DNA from: Gemmatimonadales bacterium
GTDB lineage: Bacteria > Gemmatimonadota > Gemmatimonadetes > Gemmatimonadales > GWC2-71-9
Direction: 5' to 3'
Assembly: GCA_039915685.1 (NCBI GenBank)
Contig: JBDSMU010000169.1
Location: forward strand, 1-62,056
DNA length: 62,056 bases
Made by a program: the position numbers and the translations under genes
In this document: piece by piece, positions 59,768 through 62,056 of the stretch
Layout of the letters: each line of letters opens with the position of its first letter
Numbering within the stretch: the stretch's first letter is position 1
The notes under the pieces: generated by a model
Seen by the model: only the letters and a program-made list of their open reading frames with translations
Databases searched by the model: none
What the model was told of the DNA's origin: nothing

Positions 59768-59995
59768 ATGGAAATCTTCACGCCGCACGAAGTCGCTGAG
59801 CACACAGGGTCGAAGTACCGCGGCATTCTCGTCGCCTCGAAATTCGCCCGCTACCTCAACGATTTCCCGCGAGATGCGGTCGAGCGTTGGGAGCGCACCG
59901 AAGGCGTCAAGAAGCTCACCACGCTCGCGCTGATGAAGCTCACCAGCGGTGAGTTGACCTTCCGCGAGCTGCGCCGGCGCCGTACCGAGACCTGA
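59768..59995 (+). CDS. rpoZ: RNA polymerase omega subunit
   Basis: SKYRGILVASKFAR motif and position between gmk and coaBC. Confidence 0.8.
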   Translation: MEIFTPHEVAEHTGSKYRGILVASKFARYLNDFPRDAVERWERTEGVKKLTTLALMKLTSGELTFRELRRRRTET

Positions 59996-59996
59996 G

Positions 59997-61190
59997 ATGT
60001 GGGAGGGCCGTCGCGTCGTGCTGGGTGTCACCGGCGGTGTCGCGGCTTACAAGGCCGTGCTGCTCGCACGGGACCTTACGCGTCGCGGCGCGCTCGTCGA
60101 TGTCGTGATGACCCGTGGCGCCAGGGAATTCGTCGGCGCCGTGACCTTCGAGGCGGTGACCCGCAGGACAGTCCGGACTTCACTCTGGGAACGTGACGGA
60201 GCGCTCGACCATGTGACGGTGGCCGATCGCGCCGACCTCGTCGTCATCGCTCCGGCCACTGCGCACGTGATCGCGCGCCTCGCCGCCGGCATGGCCGACG
60301 ACCTGCTGACTGCGCTGGTCCTCGCCGCTCCGGGTCCCATCCTCCTCGCTCCTGCGATGAACGACGAAATGCACGCCGATGCGGCGACGACGGCCAACAT
60401 CGCAACCTTGCGAGATCGTGGCTGGGAGATCGTCGGCCCCGCAGTCGGCGCACTCGCCGAGGGCCCATCTTCACGGCCCGGCCGTATGGTAGAGCCCGCC
60501 GAGATCATTGCCTGGGCAGCGCGCGCCCTGGCGGGACCGGGCCCGATGCGCGGCCTGAATGTGCTCGTCACCGCCGGCCCCACCCGCGAACCGATCGACC
60601 CGGTGCGGTTCGTGTCGAATCGCTCCAGCGGCAAGATGGGATACCGGATTGCTGAGGCAGCGTGGCGTCGCGGGGCCGATGTCACGCTGATTTCGGGCCC
60701 ATCGAGCGAGCCGGTTCCGTTCGGCGTGAACATCACCTTTGTCGAGACGACGTCGGAGATGGCGGCGGCGGTGCTGGCCGAGATTGGCAGCGTGGATCTG
60801 CTGGTGATGGCAGCCGCCCCCGCCGATTTCCGGCCGTCGGTCGTGCGGGATGCCAAGGTGCCGCGGTCCAATGGGGGCTTCACGCTCGCATTCGATGCCA
60901 CCGAGGACATCCTCGAGGCGACACTCCCCCATCGGCACGCCGGGCTCACGATTGTCGGATTTGCCCTGGAGACCGGGGCCGCGCTGGATCGTGGACGGGC
61001 GAAGCTGTCTCGCAAGCAGCTCGACATGATTGTGATCAACGATGCGCTTGAGGTCGGGGCAGGATTTGATGTCGACACCAATGCCGTCACCATCGTCGAT
61101 TGCCTCGGCGGCGAACAACATGTGTCGCTGCGATCGAAGGCCGACGTCGCCGAATCAATCCTTGACGCGATCGCATGTTACCGTGAATGA
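59997..61190 (+). CDS. coaBC: Phosphopantothenoylcysteine decarboxylase/synthetase
   Basis: GVTGGVAAYK, APATA, APAMN and TAGPTREPIDPVRFVSNRSSGKMG. Confidence 0.97.
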   Translation: MWEGRRVVLGVTGGVAAYKAVLLARDLTRRGALVDVVMTRGAREFVGAVTFEAVTRRTVRTSLWERDGALDHVTVADRADLVVIAPATAHVIARLAAGMADDLLTALVLAAPGPILLAPAMNDEMHADAATTANIATLRDRGWEIVGPAVGALAEGPSSRPGRMVEPAEIIAWAARALAGPGPMRGLNVLVTAGPTREPIDPVRFVSNRSSGKMGYRIAEAAWRRGADVTLISGPSSEPVPFGVNITFVETTSEMAAAVLAEIGSVDLLVMAAAPADFRPSVVRDAKVPRSNGGFTLAFDATEDILEATLPHRHAGLTIVGFALETGAALDRGRAKLSRKQLDMIVINDALEVGAGFDVDTNAVTIVDCLGGEQHVSLRSKADVAESILDAIACYRE

Positions 61191-62056
61191 GGCGACCCGC
61201 CGTTGGATCGAGTTGCAGCGCGACCTCGGCGGCGATGAGGTCATTTTCGATCGTCCGTTGCCGACACGTCATGCCCGCGTCGGACCGATCGGGCCTGCGT
61301 TGATCCCTGCGCCCCAAAAGTCGTCGCGGTCGTCGCGGCCCGCCCCGTACCGGCCAGCGACTGCGCGGGCGATCGAGATGGCGCCCGACGTCGCATGGCG
61401 CCTCGCCCCCACCGGTGATCCGGCTGCGGCATGGCGCACTGGGGCGCCGCCCATCCCCGGGCCGGGCCTTTCGGTCAACGTCCCTGCTCCGACCGTCGGA
61501 GCCGGCACCTGGGCCACGCTGGAGGAGATTGCGGCGGTGGTGTCGGGGTGCGTGCGCTGCCCGCTGGCGACCGGGCGTATCTTGGCCGTGCCGGGCGAGG
61601 GGAACCCATCCGCGGGCCTCTTTTGCGTCGGCGAGGGTCCGGGCGAGTCGGAGGACAAGTCGGGGCGCCCGTTTGTGGGGCGTGCCGGGGCGACGCTCGA
61701 CAAGATCCTTGACGCGATCGAGGCTCCACGGCCAACGGTCTACATTGGGAATGTCGTGAAGTGTCGGCCCCCCGGGAACCGCGCTCCGCTTCCTGATGAA
61801 CGGGAAGCGTGCATGCCGTATCTTCATCGGCAGATCGCGTTGGTACGCCCGAGGGTGATTCTCGCCCTTGGGACCTCTGCGGCCGAGGCGCTCCTCGGCG
61901 TTCGTAAGCCACTAGGCGAGCTCCGACTGAAGGTGCACCGTTACAACGGGATTCCGCTCGTCGTGACATATCACCCCGCGGCATTGCTGCGAAACCCCAA
62001 CTGGAAGCGGCCCGCCTGGGATGACGTCCGTATCGCTCGCCAACTCCTCGACGCAA
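61183..62056 (+). CDS. Uracil-DNA glycosylase family 4 (Fe-S), runs off the window end
   Basis: Translated by hand, since the ORF has no stop and is absent from the track: CVRCPL, VGEGPG.SED..GRPFVGRAG, NVVKCRPPGNR and TYHPAALLRNP. Confidence 0.93.
   Translation, partial: MNEATRRWIELQRDLGGDEVIFDRPLPTRHARVGPIGPALIPAPQKSSRSSRPAPYRPATARAIEMAPDVAWRLAPTGDPAAAWRTGAPPIPGPGLSVNVPAPTVGAGTWATLEEIAAVVSGCVRCPLATGRILAVPGEGNPSAGLFCVGEGPGESEDKSGRPFVGRAGATLDKILDAIEAPRPTVYIGNVVKCRPPGNRAPLPDEREACMPYLHRQIALVRPRVILALGTSAAEALLGVRKPLGELRLKVHRYNGIPLVVTYHPAALLRNPNWKRPAWDDVRIARQLLDA

Overview
A GC-rich, gene-dense piece of bacterial core chromosome. Gene order and protein styles suggest Gemmatimonadota; this is inference and no database search was run. 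From left to right: a minus-strand truA-degP-purB-purC-psd-pssA-purS-purQ-purL-purF-ppdK-purE run, with purE cut at the left edge by an inverted, diverged ppdK fragment (probably an assembly chimera). Then trpD and an opposing lexA. Then a long trpC-trpF-trpB-[HEAT-repeat protein]-[HD-GYP protein]-trpA-folK-panB-panC-panD-yqeK-like-LytR_C operon. Then divergent glycerate kinase and 2-hydroxyacid reductase genes, rlmN, and aspS-phoH-ybeY-2x CBS/CorC-mgtE. Then a B12-dependent acyl-CoA mutase cluster: meaB, a mutase large subunit with isobutyryl-CoA-mutase-type residues, an aeRF1-fold protein, a B12-binding subunit, a carboxyltransferase, a split AtuA, a crotonase and a small membrane ORF. The rest is recQ, a leishmanolysin-like lipoprotein, rne/rng-rplU-rpmA, a GDPD, an ECF sigma/anti-sigma/Spy-like trio, tRNA-Leu(CAA), pepA, a plug-domain outer-membrane protein, yicC-gmk-rpoZ-coaBC and a UDG running off the right end. 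I saw no mobile elements or CRISPR arrays. Best leads: (1) a HEAT/HD-GYP pair sharing an unnamed N-terminal domain, inserted between trpB and trpA; (2) an ICM-type mutase/AtuA branched-chain acyl-CoA cluster; (3) a GGQ-less aeRF1/Balon-like gene inside that cluster; (4) a candidate CGAA-N7-CGAA LexA box; (5) a structured rne leader.
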